A stretch of DNA of 64,000 nucleotides, taken from contig CAWCUS010000002.1 of the NCBI GenBank assembly GCA_963798845.1, positions 32,001-96,000 of the forward strand. Reading direction: 5' to 3'. Numbering within the stretch: position 1 is the first letter of the stretch; the number at the start of each line of letters is the position of its first letter. Position numbers and translations under genes: made by a program. Positions 28,751 through 38,057 of the stretch are shown in pieces. Origin of the DNA: an uncultured Gemmatimonadales bacterium (lineage in GTDB: Bacteria > Gemmatimonadota > Gemmatimonadetes > Longimicrobiales > RSA9). A model generated the notes under the pieces. That model saw nothing but the letters and a program-made list of their open reading frames with translations, did no database searches and was not told where the DNA came from.

Positions 28751-31432
28751 CTATCTCAACGTCGGCCCGAGGAACACCGCGTTGGCGAAGACCGGCATCA
28801 GGCCGCGCCACATGCCGCGGAAGTTGGGGTCGCCGGCAAAGGCGACGACGCGGCCCGCGCCCACTCGCTCCGTCCACAGGTACGGGCTCCCCGCCACGCG
28901 CTCGGGCACTTCGGGCCAGAGATAGCCAGCGATGCGAAGCCGGTCCGCGCCGGCGTAGCGCAGCACCACCTCGCCCGCGCGCACGTCGGCGGGGGCGGCG
29001 TAGATGCGGTCGCCGGAGAGCAGCACCGGTAGCTCCGCTCCGGCAACGCCCGCCAGCAGCGGAGACAGGGTGTCGGCCAGGGTCCGGACGATCGCGCCCG
29101 GGACGGAGGCGGGGAGCGGCGCGCCGCCATCGGCCGCCGGGGGCGGAAGCGGCGAGAAGCGGCCGAGCCCCGAGTCACCGGCGAGCCAGGCCGTGGCAGC
29201 GTCGAGCGTCACCAGCGTCCCGCCGCCCCGGACCCAGCGCTCGAGCGCGGCCGCCCCGTCCTCTCCGAGCACGGCATCCAGGCGTGCGGTGGACGGGAGC
29301 ACGACCACGTCGAGGTCGCCGAGGGCGCGGCCGAGACGTCCAGCCTCGACACGGGTGACCGGGTAGCGGAGCAGGCGGTCGAACGCGTACCACGCCGCGC
29401 CGTACGAGGAGGCGCTCACGCCTTCGCCCCCGACCAGCGCGACGCGCGAGACCGGGATCGTGACCACGCTGTTGCTCCCCAGGTCGGTGCCGGCGTCCAC
29501 CAGAGCGTTGTCGATCGCCACGATCCGGGCGCCCGTGGCCGCAGCCAGCGCGCGCACCCGGTCGTGGATGGCGGAGCCGTTGCGACCCACCACCACCAGG
29601 AACGCGCCATCGGGGAAGTCGGCGCTCCCCACGCGGAACCCTCGCCGGGCGTGCCGCACCCGGACGCTGTCCGCGAGCAGCCCGGCGAGCATGCGCAGGG
29701 AGGCGTCGCTCCCCGGCGCGAACGCATAGGCGTAGCGGGCCGCGGCCAGGGGCGGCTCGACCGACCCCGCGGGGAGCGGTGCGAGCGCGGCCCGCTCCAG
29801 GGTCTCGGCCGTCGCGGGGGAGGCGCTCCACGCCAAGTACGCGGGCGGGGGCACGGGCCGGGCGCCCGTCAGGGCGCCGGCGGTGGCCCAGGCGCGGACG
29901 CGGAACGTGAACGGGAGCGACCAGGCGGTGATGTCGTAGAAGCGGTCGCGCTGACCGGTCCGGCGCGCTTCCAGCTCCTCCCTGATGAAAGCGGAATCGA
30001 GCGCGGCATCCGGCTCCAGGAGGGCGCGGGCGAGCCGACCCTGCGGCTGCGCGAGGTCCACCACCCACGCGCCGGCCGGCAGCGTGACACGGCGAGCGCG
30101 TGACTCGCCGTACGGAGTGGCGGTGCCCGTCGTCGCCTGCGGGAGCATGCCCACCTCGATCCCGTTCTCGAGCAGGACCCGTACGAGCGCGGACGCCCGG
30201 CCGCCGGCGCCGGGCTCCAGCACCACGGTCCTGAGCGGCGCGAGCCCGGCTTCCGTCACGGCCGAGCGGCGGAAGGCGGCAAAGTCGCGCACCCGGTCGG
30301 TCCGCAGACGGGCGGCGGTGACGAGGGTGGCCATGGCCGCGGTGTAATGGCGGCGTGCGGCGTCGGCAAGCGTGACGATGGTGCCGTCGTCCCGGCGAAC
30401 GGCCCCGCCGCCGCTCGACGCCTCCTCGTACGTCATGCCGATGGCACCGGTGAGCACGGGCCAGGAGACGCCATAGCCGGGGTAGAACTCGTCGTAGCCT
30501 TCGCGGGTGAAGAAGCCCCACCCCCGTGCGGCGAGGGCGTCGGCGTTGGCTCGCGCGAAGATGCGCCACCAGGCCTCGATCCCGGGGGTGACGTTCGGGT
30601 TGATCGGCTCCATCGGCGGCGCGAAGAAGTACGTGGAGCTCGAGCCCATCTCGTGCAGGTCCACGGCCACGTGGGGGTGCCACGCCGCGAACGTCCGCAT
30701 CCGCCCCAGCGTCTCGGGGTGCGTGTGGAGGAACCAGTCACGGTTCAGGTCGAAGAGGTAATGGCTCGTCCGCCCGCCTGGCCAGCCCTGCGTCTGCACC
30801 ATCGCCCCGGGGTAGGGGTCGGGGCCGTACGCCCCGAGGTCCCGCAGCACATCCTGGACGTGCCGCTCGTGGCCGTCCGGATTCTGCACCGGATCGAGCA
30901 GGACCACGACGCTGTCCAGCACCATCAGCGTCTCCGCATCCCGACCGGCCGCAAGCTGGTAGAGCACGCCCAGCCCCGCCTCGACGCCCGACCCCTCGTT
31001 GCCGTGGATCGTGAAGCCGAGCCAGGCCACCGTCGGCGTGGTCGCCACGAGCCGATCCAGCTCGGTCCGGCTCTCGCCCCGTGGATCCGCCAGCTTGTCC
31101 GCCGCCTCGCGGATCGCGTCCAGCCTCGCCTGGTTCTCCGGCGACGTCACCGTCAGCAGGAGCACGTCGCGCCCTTCGTAGCTCACCGCCACCGTGTCCA
31201 GCCGCACGCGTGGGCTCGCTTCCGCCACTGCACGGGCGTAGCGCTCGATCAGGTGGTGCGGCGTGAAGCGCGACCCGAGCCCGTAGCCCAGAACGGACGC
31301 CGGCGTCGGCACGGCCGGGTCGTACGGACCGGCCTGCGCCGGATCCGCCAGGGCGTGCTGCGCTACCGCGGGCGAGAACGCGCCGCTCGTGACGGCGGCC
31401 ATGAGCAGAAGGACGGCGAGGATGCGCTGCAC
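28751..31432 (-). CDS. M14 zinc carboxypeptidase, secreted (paralog)
   Basis: GTG 31432 with GGAGG RBS; IHGNE, NPDG, DLNRD, DLHEM, MTYEE; collinear with 26061..28655. Confidence 0.9.
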   Translation of the reverse strand: MQRILAVLLLMAAVTSGAFSPAVAQHALADPAQAGPYDPAVPTPASVLGYGLGSRFTPHHLIERYARAVAEASPRVRLDTVAVSYEGRDVLLLTVTSPENQARLDAIREAADKLADPRGESRTELDRLVATTPTVAWLGFTIHGNEGSGVEAGLGVLYQLAAGRDAETLMVLDSVVVLLDPVQNPDGHERHVQDVLRDLGAYGPDPYPGAMVQTQGWPGGRTSHYLFDLNRDWFLHTHPETLGRMRTFAAWHPHVAVDLHEMGSSSTYFFAPPMEPINPNVTPGIEAWWRIFARANADALAARGWGFFTREGYDEFYPGYGVSWPVLTGAIGMTYEEASSGGGAVRRDDGTIVTLADAARRHYTAAMATLVTAARLRTDRVRDFAAFRRSAVTEAGLAPLRTVVLEPGAGGRASALVRVLLENGIEVGMLPQATTGTATPYGESRARRVTLPAGAWVVDLAQPQGRLARALLEPDAALDSAFIREELEARRTGQRDRFYDITAWSLPFTFRVRAWATAGALTGARPVPPPAYLAWSASPATAETLERAALAPLPAGSVEPPLAAARYAYAFAPGSDASLRMLAGLLADSVRVRHARRGFRVGSADFPDGAFLVVVGRNGSAIHDRVRALAAATGARIVAIDNALVDAGTDLGSNSVVTIPVSRVALVGGEGVSASSYGAAWYAFDRLLRYPVTRVEAGRLGRALGDLDVVVLPSTARLDAVLGEDGAAALERWVRGGGTLVTLDAATAWLAGDSGLGRFSPLPPPAADGGAPLPASVPGAIVRTLADTLSPLLAGVAGAELPVLLSGDRIYAAPADVRAGEVVLRYAGADRLRIAGYLWPEVPERVAGSPYLWTERVGAGRVVAFAGDPNFRGMWRGLMPVFANAVFLGPTLR

Positions 31433-31592
31433 GGGCGTGCCTCCGTCAGCAGAGGTGTCGGCGGCGGGAAGGGCGCCCGGAAGGTACGCGGGCCGCAGTA
31501 CGGCGGAAAGCCGTACGGGCGGGAGGCGGCGAGGCGCGGGACCCGGGGGCCGCGCTGGACCCGCCTGCGGTTGCGCACCCGCACGGTGACGA

Positions 31593-31985
31593 CTATGCCG
31601 TCTCGACCAGGGTGGCGACCCGGCTGCCGTGCTCGAGGGTGTGGTGGATCGTGCAGTGGCTCGCCACCCGGCGCGCTGCCCCGGCTCGGTCGTCGGGGAG
31701 GCCAGGCCAGTGGATCTGCATCCGGACCTCCGTGACGCGCACGGGCTCCCCGCCGATTTCCCACTCGATGCCGATCTCGAGCCCCTCCAGGGGCAGACCG
31801 GCGTGTTGCGCCCAGCCATGCAGCACGGAGAAGGTGCACGTGGCGAGGGACGCCGCGAAGAGGTGGAAAGGCGAGAGGCTCGCTTCGTTTGCCACGTCGA
31901 AGGCGAACGCCGGGTCGAGCCCGGAGTGCAGCCTGATTCGGTGCTCGGAAACGGTTTCGATCGTCACGGACCCCGTCTGGGGCAA
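31593..31985 (-). CDS. OsmC-like protein
   Basis: SPFHLFAASLATC...HCTIHHTL two-Cys OsmC/YhfA pattern; start uncertain. Confidence 0.8.
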   Translation of the reverse strand: MPQTGSVTIETVSEHRIRLHSGLDPAFAFDVANEASLSPFHLFAASLATCTFSVLHGWAQHAGLPLEGLEIGIEWEIGGEPVRVTEVRMQIHWPGLPDDRAGAARRVASHCTIHHTLEHGSRVATLVETA

Positions 31986-32020
31986 GAAGGAGGCCGGCAG
32001 ACCGCACTGCCAGCGCCGGC

Positions 32021-32842
32021 TCAGCGCCCCCCGCCGTCCCGCGGGCCGGAGAACGGGCGGAAAGCCACGCCCAGCGTGATGGCGATCATGTTGGCGTCCG
32101 TCGTGGTGCTGCGGACGTCGAGTGTGCCGTCGCCGTTCTGGGTGATGTCACCTTCGCGAACGTACGAAACCCGCCCGTTGTGCTGGTAATGGGTCCCGAG
32201 GGCAAGGGACACCTGCCGGTAGACGGGGAGGCGCAGCTCACCGCCCGTGGACCAGGCGAGGAAGGTGTCGTGGAAGTGGCTGGTGTCGAACACGCCATCT
32301 CCGCCACCGCTGACGCCGTCGAGCGACGAGGAGACACCGAAATAGCCCAGCCCGGCCGTCGCATCCAGGACGATCTCGCTCCGGCCGAGCGGAAGCGCCA
32401 GCTCGGGGCCGCCACCGAAGAAGACAGAGGAGTACGTGGTGTTCACCGACACGTGAATCCAGCAGCCGATGGGTTGAGAGAGGCAGAACTCTCGCCGGTC
32501 CATGCCGTAGATCGCACCACGGAACTCGGCCCGGAGTCGCACCACCCGCGCCGGGTCCAACGCCCAGGCCACCGACCCGGCAAGGCCCACGCCCGGGCCG
32601 GTCTTCAGGCCCCCCAGCGGCTGCGTGTCCAGGAGAGCGGCCGACGCACTGAAGCGCGACATCACCCGCCCCGTTGCCTGCGCAGTGCCGGGCGAGGGCA
32701 GCGCCCCCAGGGCGAGGAGCGCGCAGAGGGACAGCAGCCCGAGCCACTCGCGCCGCGCGGCGAGAAGACGGGGCAAGGGAAAGCGCCACACGAGAGGGAA
32801 GCGAACGACTGCGGCGGCCGGGATGGACAGTGCGAAGTTCAT
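32021..32842 (-). CDS. small outer-membrane beta-barrel protein
   Basis: Signal-like segment ending AQA, amphipathic beta strands, C-terminal ITLGVAFR. Confidence 0.65.
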   Translation of the reverse strand: MNFALSIPAAAVVRFPLVWRFPLPRLLAARREWLGLLSLCALLALGALPSPGTAQATGRVMSRFSASAALLDTQPLGGLKTGPGVGLAGSVAWALDPARVVRLRAEFRGAIYGMDRREFCLSQPIGCWIHVSVNTTYSSVFFGGGPELALPLGRSEIVLDATAGLGYFGVSSSLDGVSGGGDGVFDTSHFHDTFLAWSTGGELRLPVYRQVSLALGTHYQHNGRVSYVREGDITQNGDGTLDVRSTTTDANMIAITLGVAFRPFSGPRDGGGR

Positions 32843-32879
32843 GGCGCCTCTCCGGGTTGGAGGACCCACAGGTTCGTTC

Positions 32880-32908
32880 TTGACGTACCGCCGCGCCCCG
32901 CCTAACGT
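32880..32908 (+). promoter_or_regulatory. sigma70-type promoter of csp-infA
   Basis: TTGACG (32880-32885), 17-nt spacer, TAACGT (32903-32908). Confidence 0.6.
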
Positions 32909-32960
32909 TCCCCGCGCGAGACAGGGGCAGGTTGGGCAAGCTGAGCCGGCGGTTTGATGA

Positions 32961-32996
32961 GACCTGGGGCGACCGTTTGCCCTGGGTCCTTTTTTT
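32961..32996 (+). terminator. intrinsic terminator inside the csp 5' leader (attenuator candidate)
   Basis: 12-bp stem GACCTGGGGCGA/TTGCCCTGGGTC (three G-U pairs), loop CCGT, then C and T7, 30 nt before the csp ATG. Confidence 0.7.
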
Positions 32997-33025
32997 GGCA
33001 ATCAGCGACCGGAGTACGAGCGACG

Positions 33026-33235
33026 ATGCGCACGCAGGGCACGGTGAAGTGGTTCAACGACGCCAAGGGATTCGGGTTCGTCGAGCCGGACGGCGGTGAC
33101 CGGGACTGTTTCGTACACCACTCCTCCATCCTGGGGGAGGGCTTCAAGACCCTCGCCGAGGGGGAGCGGGTCGAATTCGACATGGTCGAGGGGCAGAAGG
33201 GGCCCGCGGCCGAGAACGTGCAGCGCCTCGGCTAG
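33026..33235 (+). CDS. cold-shock protein (CspA family)
   Basis: [14 protein letters not shown] (RNP1), FVHHS (RNP2), KGPAAENV; 69 aa. Confidence 0.97.
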   Translation: MRTQGTVKWFNDAKGFGFVEPDGGDRDCFVHHSSILGEGFKTLAEGERVEFDMVEGQKGPAAENVQRLG

Positions 33236-33253
33236 CGTCGGCGCAGCCGAACC

Positions 33254-33294
33254 GAAAGGGCCGCGCCGGGTATGCTCCCTCGCGCGGCCCTTTC
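33254..33294 (+). terminator. hairpin/terminator between csp and infA
   Basis: Perfect 13-bp inverted repeat GAAAGGGCCGCGC / GCGCGGCCCTTTC. Confidence 0.6.
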
Positions 33295-33322
33295 CCAATC
33301 GCGAACCGGAACAGGAGAAGCC

Positions 33323-33541
33323 ATGGCCAAGCAGGAAGGCATCGAAATGGAGGGCGTCGTCACCGACGTGCTCCCCGACCGGATGTACCGCGTCAAGCTG
33401 GAGAACGGCCACGAAGTGCTGGCGTACGCCGCGGGGAAGATGTCGAAGTTCAAGATCCGCGTGCTCACGGGCGACCGGGTCACCCTCGTCCTCTCCCCCT
33501 ACGACCTGACCCGCGGCCGGATCGTCTACCGCCACAAGTGA
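33323..33541 (+). CDS. infA: translation initiation factor IF-1
   Basis: [18 protein letters not shown]...GKM...IRVLTGDRV...[21 protein letters not shown]. Confidence 0.96.
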   Translation: MAKQEGIEMEGVVTDVLPDRMYRVKLENGHEVLAYAAGKMSKFKIRVLTGDRVTLVLSPYDLTRGRIVYRHK

Positions 33542-34183
33542 GCCCCGACCGGCGCCCCCGGTCACTCCACGCGCACCACACCCAGGCGCGGGCGCGCGCG
33601 CGGCAGGAACTCTCTCGGCCCCTGACCACGGACCGGCCGGGCCAGCCGCCATGAATCGCGCCCAGACCCTCCCTCCGCGCCGCGGACGGCACCCCGAAAT
33701 CGCACTCCGTCCCGACTGACCGGGGCGCAACAGCGCGTGCAGCGGCCTCGCGCTAGCCTTCCCGTGCGCCGAGCCCCGACTCCTCCCCCGGAATCCCCAC
33801 CGCGGTCACCCGCACCGGCACCAGCCCCGCGTCCGATCGCGCACACGCACCGATGGGGGGCGCGGCATTCCGCACTGCGGAGGGCGCAGCGGCCGACCGG
33901 TCCCTGGCTGGCGCCGGCGCCGGCGACGGAAAAGGGCCGACCTTCATACGTGTCCGGGGTTGCGGAGCCCGGGTTGAGGCGCGGACGTGGTGCGGTGTGT
34001 GGGGGGCTGCCGTTCATTGTAGCGGTTGTGGTAGTCGGGAGCCCGGCAGCGGATCGGTAGAAATCCCCACAGAGAAATACCCCTGACTTCCCACAAGCAA
34101 TCCCTGTTGACCCCGACAGTGAAGTCCTCACGTAAGCGGTCATATTGAACGCGAGATCGTGTGGACCCTCATGCGAGGTCGGG

Positions 34184-36127
34184 ATGACCACCGTAACGGC
34201 AGAACAGAAGAGGACTCGCAAGCCGCCGAAAGTGATCGAGGCGAAGGAGCACACCGTCGAGATCGTTTCGGACCCGGGGGAAGGTGCGCAGAAGTGCGGC
34301 CAGATCTTCGGTTCGGTGTCCGCGAAGATGGGCAACGGCGTGTGGACGGTCGAGCTGATACCGGCGGAGATCCAGCCGCCGCCGCGGATGCCGGCGGGAG
34401 CCAGCGGGAACCGGATCCGGATCGGCACCGGAGCGGTGACGAACTGGGGGGACAGCACGAACCTGGTGGTGGCGTTCAACGAGCAGGTGCTGTTGAACCG
34501 GCATCGGGTGGACGCGCTGGCGGACGACGCGGTGATCCTGCTGGAGAACGTGTGGAAGGACCACGCGGACGAGACGATCCGGAGGCAGTGGTCGGCGGCG
34601 ATGAAGGAGCTGTCGTCGAAGCGGTACCGGATCGTCGAGATTCCAATGGACGAGATCTGCCGGACGGTGGTGGACGATCCCCGGAAGGGGAAGAACATGT
34701 TCGCGCTGGGTCTTCTGTCGTGGATCTACGAGCGGGACATGGCGCTGGTGAAGGACCAGATCGCGTACGCGTTCCGGAAGAAGAAGCCCGAGATCACGGA
34801 GAAGAACCACCAGCTGCTGCAGCTCGGTTACGACTGGGCGGCGGAGAACCTGGACTTCCGGGTGCGGGTGGCGCCGACGCCGTCGGATGTGCCGATGGTG
34901 GTGATGAACGGCAACCAGGCGATCGCGCTGGGGGCGGTGGCGGCGGGGATGGAGCTGGCGGCGATGTATCCGATCACGCCGGCGACGTCGGTGTCGCACC
35001 AGCTGGGCGAGATGTTCGAGCGTTTCGGCGGGACTCTGCACCAGGCGGAGGACGAGATCGCGGCGGCGGGCGTGGCGATCGGGGCGTCGTATTCGGGGAA
35101 GGTGGCGTTCACGATCACGTCGGGACCGGGGCTGGCGCTGAAGACGGAGTTCCTGGGGCTGGCGGTGATGACGGAGATCCCGCTGGTGCTGGTGGACGTG
35201 CAGCGAGGCGGGCCGAGCACGGGTCTGCCGACGAAGGTGGAGCAGGGGGACCTGCTGGCCGCGCTGTTCGGGCAGCCCGGCGACGCGCCGCACGTGGTGA
35301 TGGCGCCGGCCACCATCGAGGAGTGCTTCCACGCCATGGTCACGGCGCGGCGGATCGCGGAGATGTTCCGCATGGTGGTGATGGTGCTGAGCGATGCGAA
35401 CCTGGCCACGGGGGTGCAGCCGTTCCCGCGGCCGGTGCCGGAAGCGTCGTGGGTCGCGGGTCCGCCGGACCAGTCGGCGATCCCGGATGGCCTGCGGCCG
35501 TACGACTGGGATCAGAAGACGGGTCTGAGCCGCCGCTTCATCCCCGGTCAGCCGAACGGGATGCACACCTTGACGGGGCTGGCGCACGACGAGAACAGCA
35601 AGGTGGCGTACAGCTCGGACATCAACCAGCACTCGTCCACGATGCGGAGCCGCAAGCTGGCCGTGCTGCACCAGGCGCTGAAGAGGCCGGAGGTGTACGG
35701 CGACGAGGAGGGCGATCTCCTGGTGGTGGGTTGGGGGAGCACGAAGGGGGCCATCGAGGAGGCAGTCGAGCGGGCGCGCGAGGGCGGGCTACGGGTGTCG
35801 TCGCTCCAGCTGCGCTTCCTCTCGCCACTGGAGCCGGGGCTGAAGGAGATCTTCAGCAAGTTCGACCACGTGATGACGGTCGAGATCAACTACAGCGACG
35901 ACCCGGACGATCCCTACGTCACGGCGGAGACCCGGCGGTACGGGCAGCTGGCGTGGCTGCTCCGAGCGCAGACGCTGGTGGACGTGGACTGCTGGACGCG
36001 CGTCCTGGGTGAGCCGCTCCGGCCGCAGGTGATCCACGACGCGATCGTGGACCGCCTGATCCGGGCGGGGAAGATCGGCAAGGCCGGCGGGCGGCGAACG
36101 ACGAAGGGGAAGGGAGGTGCGGCATGA
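34184..36127 (+). CDS. 2-oxoacid:ferredoxin oxidoreductase alpha subunit (gamma-alpha fusion, KorA/OorA-like)
   Basis: YPITPAT, QAEDEIAA, TSGPGLAL, QRGGPSTGLPTK; 647 aa. Confidence 0.93.
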   Translation: MTTVTAEQKRTRKPPKVIEAKEHTVEIVSDPGEGAQKCGQIFGSVSAKMGNGVWTVELIPAEIQPPPRMPAGASGNRIRIGTGAVTNWGDSTNLVVAFNEQVLLNRHRVDALADDAVILLENVWKDHADETIRRQWSAAMKELSSKRYRIVEIPMDEICRTVVDDPRKGKNMFALGLLSWIYERDMALVKDQIAYAFRKKKPEITEKNHQLLQLGYDWAAENLDFRVRVAPTPSDVPMVVMNGNQAIALGAVAAGMELAAMYPITPATSVSHQLGEMFERFGGTLHQAEDEIAAAGVAIGASYSGKVAFTITSGPGLALKTEFLGLAVMTEIPLVLVDVQRGGPSTGLPTKVEQGDLLAALFGQPGDAPHVVMAPATIEECFHAMVTARRIAEMFRMVVMVLSDANLATGVQPFPRPVPEASWVAGPPDQSAIPDGLRPYDWDQKTGLSRRFIPGQPNGMHTLTGLAHDENSKVAYSSDINQHSSTMRSRKLAVLHQALKRPEVYGDEEGDLLVVGWGSTKGAIEEAVERAREGGLRVSSLQLRFLSPLEPGLKEIFSKFDHVMTVEINYSDDPDDPYVTAETRRYGQLAWLLRAQTLVDVDCWTRVLGEPLRPQVIHDAIVDRLIRAGKIGKAGGRRTTKGKGGAA

Positions 36128-37074
36128 TCGCGAGCTGCTCACTGCTGCATGCCGGGAGCGACGATCGCGTGTTCGGCATGGACGACTACGAGGGAGCGCT
36201 GCCTCGCTGGTGCCCCGGGTGCGGGGACATGGCGGTGCTGACGGCGCACCAGCGGCTCCTGAGCGAGGAGCAGCTGAAGCCGGAGGAGACGGTATTCGTC
36301 TCCGGCATCGGCTGCTCGAGCCGCTTTCCGCACTACATGCGCACGTACGGGTTCCACGGGATTCATGGCCGTGCGCTGCCCGTGGCGACGGGCATCAAGC
36401 TGAACCGCCCGGAGCTGAACGTGTTCGTGGTCATGGGCGACGGCGACTGCACCTCGATCGGCGCGGGGCACTGGGTGCACGCGCTCCGCTACAACATGGA
36501 CATGGTGGCGGTCCTGCTGGACAACAACGTGTACGGGCTGACGAAGATGCAGACGTCGCCGACCACGCCGCAGGGCTACAAGACGAACACGCAGCCGCGG
36601 GGCAGCTACCTGCCCGCGCTGAATCCCGTGGAAACCATGCTCGGCCTGACCAACGCGAGCTTCGTCGCCCAGACCGCCGAGTGGATCCCGCAGCACCTGT
36701 ACGCCACGCTTCGCGCAGCTTACCGCCACAAGGGGCTCGGCTTCGTCCGGATCCTCCAGCGGTGCCCGCAGTACACGGCGCCGATCTTCATGGAGGCGGT
36801 GCGGAAGCCGGACAACATCGAGCTGCTGGTCCACGACGACGGCGTGACGGTGCCGGAGATCCACGGGCTCTACAAGAACCACCGGACGCACGACCCCCGG
36901 GACATCGACATGGCCCGCAGGATCGCCGAGGAGGACAGCGGCAGGATCCCGCTGGGCGTGTTCTTCCGCGACGAAAGCCGCCCGCGCTACGAGGAGACGC
37001 GTCGGCTGCCGAAGTACTCGGCGGAGGAGAAGGTGAAGCGCCTGAACGAGGAGCTTGACGACTATGCCGTTTGA
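36124..37074 (+). CDS. 2-oxoacid:ferredoxin oxidoreductase beta subunit (TPP-binding)
   Basis: WCPGCGD, SGIGCSSR, HGRALP, GDGD...NNVYGLTK; ATGA overlap with the alpha gene. Confidence 0.93.
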   Translation: MIASCSLLHAGSDDRVFGMDDYEGALPRWCPGCGDMAVLTAHQRLLSEEQLKPEETVFVSGIGCSSRFPHYMRTYGFHGIHGRALPVATGIKLNRPELNVFVVMGDGDCTSIGAGHWVHALRYNMDMVAVLLDNNVYGLTKMQTSPTTPQGYKTNTQPRGSYLPALNPVETMLGLTNASFVAQTAEWIPQHLYATLRAAYRHKGLGFVRILQRCPQYTAPIFMEAVRKPDNIELLVHDDGVTVPEIHGLYKNHRTHDPRDIDMARRIAEEDSGRIPLGVFFRDESRPRYEETRRLPKYSAEEKVKRLNEELDDYAV

Positions 37075-38053
37075 CGACCTGAGGCGCCGCGCCCTGGGGG
37101 CGCTCGCTCCTCGCCGCGAAGCGTTCCACTCCGCCGTGGCCACGGCGGTGGACGAAGTGCGCACGCTCCTGGCTGCGCAGCGGGCGCCCGCGGATGGCAG
37201 GGCCGCCCGCGTGGCGGCGGAGCTGGGCGCGTTCGCCAGCGGGCGGATCGATGCCGAGCGCTTCGCGGCGGTTTTCGGCGAGCAGGAGACGCTGGACGCG
37301 GACGCTGTGGAGCGGATCGAGGCGGCGCTGGAGGCGCTGACCGAGGTGCTCGAGGCGGGCGATGCGCTGCACTATGTGCGCGTGCCCTCCGGGGCCGACC
37401 TGCGCGACACGGTGCGCGCGGCGCTGGGAAAGGCCGGACGCGCATTTGGCGCCGGCCGGGCCGTGGAGAACGCGCGCTCGGGGGTGAAAGGTCCCCCGTT
37501 CGCCGACGGCTTCGGGCCGGAGCGGTGGAACCGGGCGGAGCGGAGCGTGGCCCCGCCGCTGGTGGTGGACGTGGACGGCGCGGACCTGCGTCCTTCGGGC
37601 CTCGCCGACTATCTCGAAGGCGGACAGGCGTTCGTGCTGCTCGTCCGCAAGCCGGCGCCGCCAGCGGCGCTGGCGCGGCTCATCGCCCCCGGCGCGGTCG
37701 TGGCACAGGGCGCCGAGGCGGGCGTGCTGGAGCTGGTCGGTGGAGTCGACGGGGCCGTGGCGGTCGCGATCGTGCCGGAAGACGCGGCCGCGTTCCGCTA
37801 CCGGGGCGACACCGAGGACGGGCCGGGGTCCCTGGTCGTGGCGTCGCTGCCGGAGGAGGCGCCGCGCGCCATCGGGACGCTGAGCGTGCCCCGGCAGGAG
37901 GCGGACCTGGCGCTGCTCCAGCTCCTGGACGGGGCGGTGGCCGGCCGCGTCGTGGCGGCCGCGTCCGTTCCGGGAGAGGAAGTGGATCCGGCCGACAGGC
38001 TGGCCGCCTGGCTGCTCCGGCAGGCGAACGTTCCGGCGCCGGGGGAGGCCTGA
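37064..38053 (+). CDS. hypothetical soluble protein in the oxidoreductase/Rnf cluster
   Basis: 329-aa ORF overlapping the beta-subunit stop and ending 4 nt before rnfB; GAGGAG RBS; no Cys. Confidence 0.75.
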   Translation: MPFDDLRRRALGALAPRREAFHSAVATAVDEVRTLLAAQRAPADGRAARVAAELGAFASGRIDAERFAAVFGEQETLDADAVERIEAALEALTEVLEAGDALHYVRVPSGADLRDTVRAALGKAGRAFGAGRAVENARSGVKGPPFADGFGPERWNRAERSVAPPLVVDVDGADLRPSGLADYLEGGQAFVLLVRKPAPPAALARLIAPGAVVAQGAEAGVLELVGGVDGAVAVAIVPEDAAAFRYRGDTEDGPGSLVVASLPEEAPRAIGTLSVPRQEADLALLQLLDGAVAGRVVAAASVPGEEVDPADRLAAWLLRQANVPAPGEA

Positions 38054-38057
38054 TCCC

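Noticed and set aside
32915..32996. Known metabolite riboswitch upstream of csp
   Set aside because: I see no conserved aptamer motif (TPP, cobalamin, SAM, FMN, c-di-GMP); kept only as an attenuator candidate.
34119..34131. Rex/CRP/FNR site upstream of the oxidoreductase operon
   Set aside because: GTGA-N5-TCAC is one base short of the N6 spacing and lacks the flanking TT/AA.
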